Of a stretch of DNA of 64,000 bases, positions 10,693 to 24,400 are shown one piece after another. Position 1 is the stretch's first letter. Every line of letters starts with the position of its first letter. This DNA is from Dipteris shenzhenensis (Eukaryota), in the NCBI GenBank assembly GCA_047967505.1, contig CM106538.1, one strand, 5' to 3'. A program made the position numbers and the translations under genes. The notes below the pieces were generated by a model, which did not search any database, was not told the origin of the DNA, and saw nothing but the letters and a program-made list of their open reading frames with translations.

Positions 10693-13498
10693 ATGGAATC
10701 TGAACATGACTTTCTTGAATTCGAGGCTCACCTGGTCTCCACCCTCGGTCTATTCCAAAGGCCACTAGCCCATCAAATTCTCAGAGCACTCCCTTGGCCA
10801 CAATTCGAATGTCGATCGAAATACCCGCAAACTTACAAGACGAAGGCACCTCCACCAGACAGGCTACCCAAGAAGAGCCAGCTACAGCAGGCGCCCCTTG
10901 CGAAAACATGAAAGCACACCCCGGTGCCAACCACAAGTGAGTACAAGATAGTGTGTTCACAAGCGCACTCGCCATTGGGAAAAGCATGGCTCCAAGAGCT
11001 AGATGCTTGCATGATCCACTCACGCTTCACTTACAAGGGTTAGGACTACACCTCCACTACCACACCGCAGCTACATATGCTGCTCTCCAAGACTCAACAG
11101 TCATGGAAGCCCTCAACTTTGTAGGCTTGGGAAGACCATTTCTCGTGCCATCTGGACATGACTCTATTAGCAGAATTCCTCAAGAAATACAACAGCAACA
11201 CCCACATAGGTGTCTTGCGAGATGCAACAGGCAACACCCACCACTATCAGATCAATCAGAATGTGGTGTGGGCAGCATTCAACCTACTAGTGGTGGCACA
11301 AAAATACTATAAACAGGAAAAGAAGCTCAACTCTCTAAACACAGTCTGTCACTATGACTGCCACAAGTGCAGAGGATGCATCCAATTCACCACCATCCAC
11401 AAGCCCAAGGTAGAGTGCCCTGCAATGGCTCATGCAAGTGAAGCACATTGACCATCATCAATCTGTTGTGCCCAATATCTTGCTGAGAATGCTGAACTTC
11501 TAGGAGATGAACTGGGCTGACTACTATTGCAGCCAGATGAGAGATGATCTCAGCACCCATGGGGACATCATCGACAATCCCATGTTGTACATGCTGGACC
11601 TCTATTACCTGAAAAGTCAGCATCCGCCAATCGGCTTCAACCTCACCGAGAAATCTACCACCGGTCCCATACAGATCGAGCAGGAAGAGATAGAAATAAG
11701 GCCCAAGAGAGCAAGGACAACACCAAGTGCCACTCCAGTCACTCAGGTGCAACCAGAACCAAGTCAGCTGCTCAACCAATATGAGGAAAGCCAGTTGCAT
11801 GAATTTGTGCAACGATAACTATGCATGCAGTGGTCACGTCCTCAAGATAAGGGCAAATAGGTGCAAGGAGGGCCTATTCTCATTGAAGACCTCTAGGGCG
11901 ATGACACCATTGAGATAGGTCTCCATACAGGAGCCGAAACTACACCGACACCCTCACTATACCCTTCGTCTGTCTCCACCACCCCTCAAGAGACAGCATT
12001 CTTCACCACCGGCACCTCTTTCACACCATGGGCAGGCCTAGCAGAGGTGATAAAATTTTGCAACACACTCCAGTATAGGACAATGGAAGGCTATAGCCAC
12101 ATGACAACAGAATAGTTGTCATGCACCGATATCATGGAGATGAATCTCCTTGAAGCCATGGCACAACTACTGCAAGTCGCCCGCACGATCTTATAGAGGA
12201 GGTAGGAGCAAGCCTCACAACTCTCTTCCAATCTCATCCAAGCCTAGCTCTCGACACATGAAAGCCATGCGACAATGGTCGCAGCTCAAGCAACGAGCAG
12301 TGCCGCACTACATCGAACCAATGAATACCGGGCTACGGTGGAAGAGCTCAAGCTCACTCTGATGAAAGTCCTAGTGAATCCCTAGTCTAGACGCTTATGG
12401 AACAGGTGAAAAAGGCAGAATCAGCCCTGCACATGACGTTGGAGTAGCAAGCATAAGCAGAGCAGTGGTACGCTTGCACACAAGAGACCCACAACCAACA
12501 AATCTTCTCCCTACAGGATCTCCTAGCACAAGAGAGGACCCTCACGGTCTCTCTCCAAGAAGAAATCGAAAGACAGTGCACCACTAGCCACTTGGAGGAG
12601 TCAGGGTTGGAAGACCACGAGCAACAGGAGTTCAGGATGTACCAGGTGGTGTCTGCATAGTTAGCCACATATACACTTGCACCATGCACCATCACCCAAA
12701 CCCTACAAATGCACTTCGATGCACTCCGTGCACAAAACCTTACCTTCCACCTAGACCTCACTACTCCACTACCACCTAACACCCTTCAAACTATTCTCCA
12801 TCATAACCCCGACCACTGTTAGCCCATCTTAGCCATGTCTTATTTTTCTCTTGACCTTCAACCCACCTCCCTATCTCTTCTCCACCCCTCTGATCTCCAA
12901 ACCTTATCCGCCCATCCCATTCTTCTTAATTTTCAAGGCTGGTGTCACGTCATCACGAAGTCCCTAATTACCCTGTGGATGATGAAGTGATGCAACTCGC
13001 AAAGCTCGAGGATCTCAAGCCATGGATCTCCACTCCCGAAAGTCTGCATGCAGACATAACTTGGATGTAGAGATACGGCCGAGAGCCTCAGCAGTCCAAG
13101 TTCAAGGACACCTTGTGGCCTACCAGTCCACCACCTACCAACCCCTCAGAATAATAATACTCTTTAATTGCGTGCTACAAGCTCTCCAAGACTCACTTGA
13201 GTCCTTGGTGAGCAATTTTGAAACAATTCACGTAGCATACCCTGAGGAAATAACTGAGGACGAGGAACAAAATGCAATCACCCCCCCTCAAGATATTCCA
13301 TTACCACCTTTGTTAGACCCCACCCAACAAGTTACACAACCTCCTCTCCCTCAGTTAACACTACCCGAGTACTTGTCTAATGCCTCCAACACCACCAATG
13401 CATATCACGAACCCTCCCAGTCCATCACCTCCAATGCTCCGATCAACCTCCCCGATGAGGCATTCAACACGCTGCTCAAAGCAGCACATATATGTTAA
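10693..13498 (+). pseudogene. Decayed accessory ORF(s) of the Athila-type element, in the env-like/ORF2 position
   Basis: Consecutive coding-like fragments: MESEHDFLEF..., TLLAEFLKKYN...INQNVVWAAFNL, MNWADYYCSQM, then a Q/E/L-rich coiled-coil-like stretch (12.1-12.8 kb). Family not identified. Confidence 0.55.
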
Positions 13499-14195
13499 TT
13501 TTTTGGGGGTATTAAGGGTAATAAACCTTTTAGAATTAAATAATAATAAATTTTCTAGAGTTACAAGTGAATTACTTGAGTGGGTGTGTGTGTGTGTGTG
13601 TGTCAAAAGAGGGGGGTTTAAAAATATACATTTTGAAAAGTGAAGACAAAAAGGAAAGAGGGGAAGAGGCATACATGGGTTATGTTGGATACGATAAGGG
13701 ATTAGTTAGGGGGGATTCATTGGGGGAAGAAAATGGGTAGAAAATGAAGGTAATAAAAAAGAGGGGGTTTGAAATGTAAATAAATAATAAAAGTAACTAA
13801 AAAAGTTAATACACATATATAGAGTCAAATAATGAATTTATAATTGGGGAGTAGGGGGGTTAGGATAACACTTACACATTACAAAAAGGGGGTTATTAGG
13901 TTAAAAAAAAAGAGAGGGAGAGGGGGGGGGTGTTTAAAGAAAAATTAAAGATGGATAGTTAGGGGGAAAAGGTTGGGGGGAGAAAGTCAAGGAAAAAAGT
14001 AAAACTAAAATAGGGAAATTCCAACATAAATAATAAAAGAAAATAAAATATACATATATATATATATAACTTTAGAAATGGGGACTAGGGGGTTTAGGGT
14101 AACACTTAAGCATTCAACAAAGGGGTTAGTAGGTAAATAAAAATGAGCAGAGAAGGGCCCGGGGGGTTGTAAGACTCTATAAATTGGAGAAACTA

Positions 14196-14369
14196 GTGTG
14201 TGTGTGTGCGCGCGCACGTGTGTGCATGCATGCACGTGTGTGTGTGTGTGTGCGTGCATGCGTGTGTATGTGCACATCGAGATGGAGCTCGTTGCTCCAT
14301 CATCATCGCCTGCTATTCATGGTCCTGCTATAGTTCCGTTTCATCCTCCTGCATACAAAACATCATCTT
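14196..14369 (+). repeat. Truncated copy of the 5' end of the ORF1 element plus its TG-rich flank (second copy 15020-15185)
   Basis: GATGGAGCTC..CTCCATCATCATCGCCT.CTATTCATGGTCCT.CTA.AGTTCCGTTTCATCCTCCT occurs at both sites after (TG)n-like tracts. Confidence 0.9.
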
Positions 14370-15097
14370 CAGCCTATTGAGAGTACATCTCTTGAATAGT
14401 CCGTCTGGTCATGGCAACTCTTCTAGTGGTGAATCCATATCCATCCTTCAAAGCTTGATCTTTGACTGCCCATGGTCATTAAACTCTCCACCATTGGGTC
14501 CCTTCCTTGCCACACTCAATTATAAATGCCTGATGGTGCTAATGTATCAAGAAAATCCTGTTGCAAGAATGACCCATGCCTAGTTATGGAGGTTCATTTA
14601 GTAAATAGACCATGAACTCCATACATAAAAGGTGGAGATAGTCTTGCAAAGGTGGGGAGTAAAAATATGTACCCATACCATTAGTTAGGTTATATAGGGC
14701 ATGTAAGCCAAATATGGCCATTAAAATTCCTCCATCTCCTTTTCTGTCCCACCAATTTCCAATTTCCACTTATCATGTTACAAATTGCTAGAAATAATGC
14801 ACATGAAACCAGTATCCACTCACCCCGAATCGATAAAGCACTTAGGAGGATACACATTTTACATTTATAAATTCTCATAGCAAATAGAAAGGGCCAAATT
14901 GTTTCATAAAGTGAAGGCCATCCACTCTAGGAGGGCAAAGTGGCATCCATATCCCCTCAATGTCACTATGGCCTATCAGTTATAGGCACACTAGAGGTTC
15001 ACAAAGGTCCTTAGGGGGATGTGTTGTGTGTGTATGTGTGTGTGTGTGTGCGTGCACGTGCACATGTGTGTGCATGTGTGTGTATGTGGACATCAAG

Positions 15098-16930
15098 ATG
15101 GAGCTCACTACTCCATCATCATCGCCTACTATTCATGGTCCTACTACAGTTCCGTTTCATCCTCCTACATAGAAGACATCGTCTTGTGTTCCGTTGCAGC
15201 CACCATCAGTTCTTGTTGTAGGTACTCCATTGTGTAGCCACCGTCTTGTGTTCCATTGTTGCAACCATCGTTTTTTCCATCGATAGTTCTGTTTATAGAT
15301 ATTCCCTCAACAGTTATGTTCCAGTCACTGTTGTTTCCCTCGATGGTTCCTCTTTGCTCTGCTGATCCATCTCTCATACCTTTGTAGATTCTCCCTCTAC
15401 TGGCGAGCTACTGGCGTACCATTTGTTTTCCATTTGACTGAACCTTTTCTTGCCGTCTCAAACGTTAGCAAACAAAAAAGGTCTTTAAATTTATTTTTGC
15501 CTCAGTGGGATAAGGCCGTGAAATTGAATTGTCATACTTTTTCCTCTTCAACATTGCAACAAGATATTCTTTGCCAGTTATGCAATGAATTAGTTTTGGA
15601 GACTCAGGATCCAGGTTTGTTGCTGAGCCGTGCTCTTCCTCCAGATCTCTTCTTCATACTATTTCTCAAGTGCAACAACTTGGTGTTTGCCTCTACTTTA
15701 TGGGATGAATCATGAATTCAACTTCGTTGCGTGCCTGGTCATCAGTTGCGGTTGGCTTTGATTGAATTAATTCATTTGTTTTTCTTGGGAAAGGTTTCTA
15801 CTATGCCAATCGTGCTAATGTGGATACTGTTTATAAGCTTGTAAATATGGCAGGGGTCCTTGGTGCAAGTTTCTTTGCTTATGTTATGCCGTGGGATTCT
15901 CTTTTTGACCTAGCCAAGAATCTTATCAGATTTTGCCCAATTTGGGTCACTCTTAAGTCCTTGCCAGTACCTCTACTCTCGCATGTTTCTACCATTGCAA
16001 CTTTATTGGGGAAAGTGCTACATCTTCCCAAGCGAGATTTTTGGGTTTCCAACAAAGACATCCGAGTCTGCATTCTATGGGATATGGATCAACCCATACC
16101 TTCATGTTTAGATATTGATTATAGTTTACCGCATCCCTTTAAAGTTTGCTTCTTGCTACAAGTGTAAGCAAATTCGTCATTTTACTCAATATTGCCCTTC
16201 ATCCTCATCTCCAACTCCTAATGTGAAGGGAACCCTCAGGTTTCTCCTCCTCTCTAGTCTAATACCTTCGAGCAGCCCAAGCATAAAAAGAATGGAGACG
16301 CGTGCAGCAAAAAGAAAATGCTCCAGTCACAGTGTCTCCTTTGACTCCTTTGTCAAATCCATTCTAGGTACTTTCAGTTCCACATGCCATTATGCATGAA
16401 TCTCAATTGTTGTAGATGTCTCAAGTGGCTCCTCTTGAGGATCCTTCTTCCTTCACCAGCTCAAAATCTTCTAGTGTTGATGATTCTGATCCTTGAGAGC
16501 CGTCTTTAGTTCACCACTCTCATTCTATTAAAGTGGTTTCTCAACTGGCCTCTCGAGTCTTTAAATCACAATCTTTTGAGGTGGATTTATCTCCTTCAGA
16601 TATAGTTATTGATGGTAATGAGGACTTGAATGTGGATTTGAAAAGGAAAGATACCCAGGTGATTTCTCCTAAATCTCAAAATGTTCAACCAATGTCGGAT
16701 CAAACACTTGCCTCTCCTTTTTCCCTAGACACTTTCCATCCTTGGTTGCGACAAGTTTTTGACCCTATGATTCAAAAATTTATAGTACCTGCTTATCTCA
16801 AGAAGAATCACAAGGGTGAAAAACACCTTCATTTTATTGATGGCAATGTGGTTCCTTTACAGTAGATTTTGCACGCAAACAATCTCACAATGGAGGATAT
16901 CCTATTGGATTCCCCCTCTAGTGACCATTA
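15098..16930 (+). pseudogene. L1-clade LINE ORF1-like protein (DUF4283-type plus CCHC knuckle), no ORF2
   Basis: FLGKGFYYA...VMPWD...CPIWVTLKSLP...LGKVL...IRVCILWD...CYKCKQIRHFTQYCP, then a Ser-rich tail, a T-rich 3' UTR and an A-rich end near 17080. Confidence 0.75.
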
Positions 16931-17421
16931 ATCATTCTCACTTTTCTAGTTTTTAGTTAGCCTTTTTAGTTAGCCTCTTGGCTTTTCCCAGGAGCCTACT
17001 TGTAATCTTTTTTCTTTGGTACTTCATCTTGGGTTTTCACCTCTTCTAAGGTTTCCTATAGAGAAATATAATATTTCACTAAAAGAAAGCATGTACGTGC
17101 ACACACACAAGGGTCCTCTCCCTTAAGTGAAAAAAAGAAAGAAACTGAAGGAAAATTAAGAAAATTATAGCTTAAGAAAACCAACACTTATCATTTCATT
17201 TTAAGAAAAGACAAGAAATAATTAAAGTAAGCAAAAAATGGCATTGAGCATCATGAAATAATCTATTATTTACATATAATTGATTCCATTAAAAAGCTTT
17301 CATACAACAATACGTTAATTAATTTGTTATAGGGGATAAAAACAATGAATTAAAATTTATGGAAATAAGCAAGTGAGTACAAGTACTCATGAGCACTACC
17401 TTTAGAGGGATGAGTTGATTT

Positions 17422-17425
17422 GGGA

Positions 17426-17458
<33 letters not shown>

Positions 17459-17480
17459 AACAGAAAGAGAGAGAGAGAGC

Positions 17481-17529
<49 letters not shown>

Positions 17530-17597
17530 GGGGGGAGGGAGAGGGAGAGGGAGAGGGAGAGGGAGAGGGAGAGGGAGAGGGAGAGGGAGAAGGGGGG

Positions 17598-17636
<39 letters not shown>
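17422..17636. repeat. Compound purine microsatellite (GA)n-Gn-(GAGAGG)n-Gn-(GA)n
   Basis: Directly visible; uninterrupted purines at 17481-17636. Confidence 0.95.
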
Positions 17637-17637
<1 letters not shown>

Positions 17638-19128
17638 ACATGAGAATAGAAAGGAGTATGAGTGAGAAGGTGAGGCAACAATGTGTCATAGAAAACATTG
17701 GAGGAACACTTTTATGAAAAAATTTTAAGGAGAGCACTGCCTACAAGGCAATGCTAATAAAGCCCCAAGAAAATTAAATTCCTATTACCAAGTTAAATGT
17801 AAAGAAATTCCCAACTTATTAGACTATATAAATCCCTATTTGCCAAAATTAAATGTAAATTATATATATAAGGATAATGTGTGTGTGTGAAAAGGAAAGC
17901 TTGAATTGGCATTACGTGTATGTGTGTAAAACACTACTGGATTAGGGGATTATATATATGTGTAAAGGTAGAGATAGTAAGGCCAGTAAACCTCAGGTCA
18001 GCCAGCTGGTCAATCTATCAAAGATCCAAAAGGTGGGGTGAGAAGCTGATAAGGAATCATGAAGACATTATAAGCTACACCAGAGAGGGATAGAGAGGTT
18101 GACAACCAACAAATAGTTTTGGAGGCCACATTATTTGTTCAATAAAAGAAGTGAGAGCAAAGAGAGGGTGTTGCTATCATGGAAGGAAGATACAAGAATG
18201 ATGCACAAGGAGAGCTACCATCCAATGTCATGAAGAGCAGATCAATAGGTGGCACATAACCAAGATGATAATAAAGGTTGGCAAAACATATAGACAAGAA
18301 GAAAGACCAAGAAGAGCTACACAATAGAGGTTAAACCACCAATTTGGGAAGCAAATTCACCAATGTACTCACAAGAAGAAAAGTAGTGAAGTCATGGCAA
18401 GGTATTGAGCCAAAAGTAGGGCTAAGGAAATAGAGAATGAGTCAACTATGGACAGGCCAAGCCTAGAGAAGGCAAGGAAAGGCTAACAAAAAGAGACCAG
18501 GGAAGGTGTAAAAAGTAGGATAAACTTACACAATAGCAAGTGGAGGGCTCAGGTAGTGAACACTAAGCAAGAGAGGTGACCATGTAGCACGGGAGGGATG
18601 TGAACTTGGGTGGCCAAGAAAGCATGTAGAGCCAAGAAGATAAAGTAAGCGAGGATGGTGGATGAAGCAACATAACAGTTGGCGACAAAGCAAGGATGAC
18701 AATGAATCTATGTAAAGGAGAGGATAGAAGTGATGGTAATGCTATGAGTAGATATAAGGAGGCTAGCTATTGACAATGCACAATTTGTGAGCGGCCCGCT
18801 ACCAAATGGAGTAGACCAAAGAAAGCTTCTATGATGAAAGTGAGCACCTAAACAATGGAGGCGGCCATGCAAAAAGGGACTGCAAGACCAACCAAACTGA
18901 TGAGCCATAGGGTTGGAGTGGTGTGAGCAAGTGAAGACACCATGAGTCCATCAATATACGTGCCATTCAATGTTCAAGAAAGGTGATAAGGGTAGGGTGG
19001 CAGTGCAAAATGTTGGTGGTAGGGGGGGGTTGGTTTGTGTGGGTGACGGGTAAGATTAAGGTTGTGTACATGTGAGGGGAGTGGAAGAGAATAATATTTG
19101 TGTATGTGTGGGTGAGTTCGTGGGTGTA

Positions 19129-19132
<4 letters not shown>

Positions 19133-19196
<64 letters not shown>
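19133..19196. repeat. (TG)n microsatellite
   Basis: Perfect TG dinucleotide run. Confidence 0.95.
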
Positions 19197-19198
<2 letters not shown>

Positions 19199-19774
19199 GT
19201 GTGTGTATGAGAAAAAGAGAGGGTTACTTGTTGCTTTGTATATATAAGTATACAACTAAGCCAAAAATAAGATGGAAATAAGTGTAAAACAGTGTGTCCA
19301 TAAATTTACATAAAGAGGAAAAGAAAAGGGGGGGGGTGGCAAGTGGGGTTCTTGGGGTTGTTAAGTAAAATTAATTTAATTTAAAATCACAAGTGCTGCT
19401 TATTTAGGGATAAGAAAAAATAAATTAAATTCCAACCCCTCTCTTACACAAGAAAACTTACACACATACTCTCATTCCTTGCTCTCTTACACAAGCAAAC
19501 ACATGCATACTCACACACACAACCTCTCTCTATAGTCACATGTAACTCTCCTGCAAAATACCTCTAAGCTGCCCTCCAACCCCCCCACAATCTTACCTAC
19601 TACTCCACAGCCTACTCTACTCCCCTAACCCCTTCCTTACCTTACCCCAAACTAATCAACCCCCAAACTAACACACTAATGGGCGTTTTATTCCCCTTCA
19701 CTAACTTTTTCTCACTAATAATCCCCCTTTATTTATTAAAAGAAGACCCCCCTATTAAAAAATTTAGGACGTAC

Positions 19775-21432
19775 TGCATGTTTTTTGAGCCTCGTGCATG
19801 ACATGTGAGACAAGGAAACATGAATCTTCGACCATGAAATTAATATCTAATGGATAAGATACTTTTAATAGGTTTTAAAGTGGGTGTGATTAATACCCTT
19901 GCAAAGGATCGTGCCTATCAGTGACTCGCACGTTCAAATGAGGCACCCCAATGTGGGTTTTTTGACTCTTGTGCATGATGGGTGGCAAGAAAACAGGGAA
20001 AATTTTCCCCCTGACCATGTAAATGCTATATTATGGGCAAGATAATTTTTATGAGCCTTAAATTGGGTGATTTTAGGCCTATGCAAAGTATTGTGTCATC
20101 AAAGACTCACATGTTCAAATGAGGGACCCAAATGCATGTTTTTTCGACCCTGTGCATAAAGGTGATGAGAAAACAAGGAAAAATGTCTTCTCAACCATGC
20201 AATTGATACATGATGGGCATGATACTTTACAAAGTGCTTTATGTGCTTGAGAGTAATGCCCTTACAAAACAATGTGCCAATAGAATATTTGCACATGGGA
20301 ATGAGGCACCTAATGCATGTTTTTAAACCCTCTTGTTGCAAAACAAGGAAAAATGCAGCCTCAACCATGCAAATATTACCTGATGGGCATGAAACTTTTC
20401 ACATTCATTGAATTAGATGAGTTTAAGGCCCATGGAAACCTAAATTTTCATTGGAGACTCACACGTTTGAATAAGGTAGCCCGATGCTTGTTTTTTTACC
20501 ATTATGCATGATAGGTGCTGAAAAACAAGGACAAATGCATCCCCGACCATGTAAATGATATCCGATGGGTACGATACTTTGTTTGTGCCTTTATGTGGGT
20601 GAATATAAATACAATATAAAGTACTACATCTAAGACTCCCACATGCAAATGAGGCACCCCAATGTGTGCTTTATGACAAGTGCAACACAGAAACAAGAAA
20701 AAATGCCATACAAATGATATCCAATGGGCAAGATACTTATATGGGCCTTAAATTTGGTGAGATTAAGGCACCTAAAAAGTAAAATTCCCATTCAAATGAT
20801 GCACATTGATGCATGTTTTTTGGCCTCCATGGGTTCACTCATAAATATGTAGGTGTAACACATGGGTTCAAAGAAGGTGTTTTTTAAATCCACTTTTTAA
20901 ACATTTTTCACATACATAACAGTATCATATTGAAGGGGGTATTCATAGATTGAAGAGAAAATGGCTTTATTTTATTCACAATAAATTTACAAATAAGGGG
21001 TTTAACAAATAGGCCTTGAATGCACGTGATATCTAAAGGTTTATACATAGTGACCCCACTAAGGTTTTTACCCTTGTGCATGACAGGTGGTGAGAAAACA
21101 AGGACAAATGTATCCCCAACAATGAAAACAAGGACAAAATGTATCCCCAACAATGAAAACAAGATTTGATGGAAACAATACTTTACAAAAACCTTAAAGT
21201 GAGTGAGATTGAAACCTGTGCAAAGGGATGTGCCTATCAAAGACTTACATGTTTGAATGAGGCACCTCGATGCATGGTTTTTGAGCATGGTGCATGAGGG
21301 GTGTTGGAAAAAAAGGGAAAATACATTTTCAACCATGTAAATGATATCTGATGGGAATGATACTTTGCACTAGCCTTCAAGTGGTTGAGATTGCAACATG
21401 TCGTGCCCATCGCAAACTTGCATATTTGAATG
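19775..21432. repeat. Degenerate ~170-185 bp tandem satellite; resumes at 26920-27000 after Copia A1
   Basis: Anchor AATGAGGCACC recurs near 19937, 20118, 20301, 20470, 20648, 20796, 21256 and 21429; ACCATG(T/C)AAATGATATC...GATACTTT also recurs. Confidence 0.8.
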
Positions 21433-24400
21433 ATGCTCCACTCTCCTGTAACTACGCGAGAACCAGCTAACTCTACTTATAAGCCCCCCATATGAGGAGA
21501 AGGCATTTGAGTAGCTCGGTTATCCGATAGGTCTTGGTTTGGATACCAAATGGGGGCCATGTGTGGCCTGATGGCTGGATGGCTTCAGATAGAGTTGGCA
21601 CACTGCCAACTAGGCTACATGCAAGTGCAGGAAGGCATCCCATGATTGATCGCACTGAGGGTAGATGGAGCAATTCCCGAGGTAGCCCCCACTCTTAGGT
21701 TGTGAGGATCGTTTGGAGCACCAGCTGATCCCAGATGGCTCTGGGCTACCGAATGGCTAACCGTAGGTCAGATGCTTTATTTTGCACCATGGTTCTATCG
21801 TGTGGTCGGTGGCCTATTTCGGGACCGACCCCTAGTCGGCCGTTTTGGGCGGACTGGTCACCCAATTGGGTCCAACTGACTATGAGTGGTGGCTATATAA
21901 GAGCAAGCTCGTGAAGCCCATCATCATCATTGGCTATAGCAACCCTGATTCCTTAGCATCCAGCCTCCATCCTCTACTGTTTCCAGCACACCATCGAAGC
22001 TGCTCTCACAGGAGTGCATGGCTGGGAGGTAGGGCCATCTATTGTATCAGTTTTACAGTAATCAAATTTTTGATTCTCCATACTATCTGCTTTTCTCTCT
22101 TGCATACGAGATCCTGTTTTCTGTTGAGCACAAACGTTGTATTGCTTTCTTACATGGTATTAGAGCTTGGACTCTAGCAAGAAGATTTGGTAGTGTGTTT
22201 CTGTTTGCAAGCAGATTGTGAGAGATGGCCCAGCCCGCAATACTGTGAATCCCACCGTTTGGCAAAAGCGGAAAGTTGGATGGCACTAACTATCCACTCT
22301 AGAAGTTTAAGATGAAGACCCATCCTAAGCGCATACGAGCTTTGGGATACTGCTACTGGGGTGGACGTGAAGCCGGTTGTGAGACCAGATCCAGCCAATG
22401 CAGGACAACAGATAGTACCAACTGTGGATGAGATTCTCGCGTGGATAACAAGAAATGCAGATGCGCTATGTTCTATTGTCGGTAGTGTAAGTGATTCTGT
22501 CATGGCGTTAATTCAACATGTCACCATAGCGGAGGAGGCATGGACGGTCTTGAAAAATCAGTACGAGACCATGAATCAGACGCGGATTCAGAATCTGGAG
22601 ACTCAACTCACGAACGAGAAACTATCTCAGTCTGAAATGGCAGAGAAGTTCATCACCAGCGTGAAGAATCTGTGCAATCAGATGACTACGATTGGCATCG
22701 CCATCACCAGTGAGAATCTAGCACGAAGGTGCATACGGATTCTCCCACCAAAGTACGACCGTCTTGTTATGGTGCTGAATACACATAACAAAAATCCACC
22801 CCTCAACTTTGAGGATTTCAGCGCAATACTTTTGGAGGAGGAGATGCGTCAAAAGATGAGGACTGGAGAAGATTCGGCTTTCTCGGCTGGATCAAAGAAA
22901 GGTTTAAGGGTAAGGACTCTGGTAACCCATCTTCTTCTAATGATAAAAAGAGAAAGAAGAAGATCAAGTGCTTCTATTGCAACCAAGCAGGGCACAAGCA
23001 AAATGAGTGCCGAAAGAAGATTGCAGATGAGAAGAACGAAGTAAAGAAAGAGTTCAGCAACAGCGCGCAGGCAGTACCAATAGAGCTGTTCGTAGAAATT
23101 GAGGAGATTTGCATGGAGGCAATTCATGTACCTGCAAATGAGCCTTGGATTATTGACAGTGGTGCATCGCGCCACATGACCAGTCAGACGGATTGGTATA
23201 CCTCTCTTGATTCCAGTAGGGAATGACATCCTAGTAGCAGTCGACAATGATGCAAAATGTCCAACAAAAGGAAAAGGTACGATTGCTCTCAAGTCAGATG
23301 GAGTTGTAAAACAGTTGTTCGATGTTCTTTATGTGCCAGATATCAAGAGGAACTTGTTGTCCGTTTATGCGATCATGGATCGGGACCTCAAAGTTCACTT
23401 CGATAAGAATGGCGCACAGATTTTGGATCTTCAAGGGAAGGTCATTGGTAAAGGTACACGGTGCAACAACATCTACGAACTCTCAGCTTTCAGTGCTCGA
23501 GCTGATGTGAGCAACACTAAGTTGTGGCATGAGAGGTTTGTCATCTAAACCTTAGTTCTTTAAAGGAGATGCATAAAAGTGGAATGATTGCAAACCTACC
23601 AGAAATTATAGATCGGCTCGATGTATGTGAAGCTTGCATGATGGGCAAGCAGCATCGGCAGCCCTTTCCTAAAGAGGCCAGTAGGGCAAATGCTCCTCTA
23701 GAGCTCGTTCACACGGACCTCTACGAAAAGATGGAGACAGAAGCTTTGGTTGGTTCCTACTACTTCATGACACTGATCGACGACTACAGTAGAAGGATAT
23801 GGATATACTTCTTGAAGACTAAAGATGAGGCTCAAAGAATGGCATGTAATGGTTGAGAATGAAACGGGGAGGAAAGTGAAGAAGTTGAGATTAGACAAAG
23901 GTGGTGAGTTACATCAAGTGAATTCAAAAGTTACTGCAAAAGTCACGAGATCAAGAGGCAAAAACCCCCGCCATATACATCACAGCAAAATGGAGTAGCA
24001 GAGCACAATCTGTGAAATGGGCAGGAGTATGATGAAAGGGAAAGATTTGGCAAAGACATCTGGGCTGAAGCATGTAACACGGTAGTTTAAATTTTGAATC
24101 GTAGGTACACGAAGGCTGTGAATAGGATGATTCCATTGCAGGCCTTTTTTGGTAAGAAACCTTCAGCTGCACATTTCAGAGTTTTTGGATGTGACTGTTT
24201 TGTGCATGTCCCTGATGCTAACAAGACCAAATGGGAACCGAAGAGCCGGAAGTGAATTTTCTTGGGCTACAGCAAAGAGGCGAAGGGTTACCATCTCTAT
24301 AATCCTGTTACCAAGAAGGTAATAGTAAGTCACGATGTGGTCTTCTCAGAACAACCGCATCAATTGGAGGAGGATGCTTCCTTCCCAGACAACCAGGACC

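Larger units (their letters stand above)
928..13498 (+). mobile_element. Decayed Athila-type Ty3/gypsy LTR retrotransposon; RT/RNase H deleted, 3' LTR not found
   Basis: LTR end followed by a tRNA-Asp PBS at 1675-1697, then gag, protease, RT N-terminus, integrase, an extra protease and an accessory ORF in gypsy order. The left boundary is uncertain and the LTR may extend left of the solo LTR. Confidence 0.85.

Noticed and set aside
13499-14195. Candidate 3' LTR of the Athila element
   Set aside because: No similarity to 928-1675; low-complexity G/A/T-rich DNA
14380-14900. Possible minus-strand LINE ORF2 C-terminus (HIWLTCP...VWQGRD)
   Set aside because: Only two weak motifs in broken frames
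17319-17737. ORFs rich in SLSLSL, RERERE or RGRGRG, and similar ones at 14.0-15.2, 19.0, 28.3-29.4 and 35.6 kb
   Set aside because: Translations of microsatellites, not genes
17990-18975. Coding-looking minus-strand stretch with YIDG resembling an RT motif
   Set aside because: No supporting RT motifs and no sustained frame
19775-21432. Possible CRISPR-like repeat-spacer array
   Set aside because: The whole monomer is homologous between units, so there are no unique spacers; no cas genes; eukaryotic context
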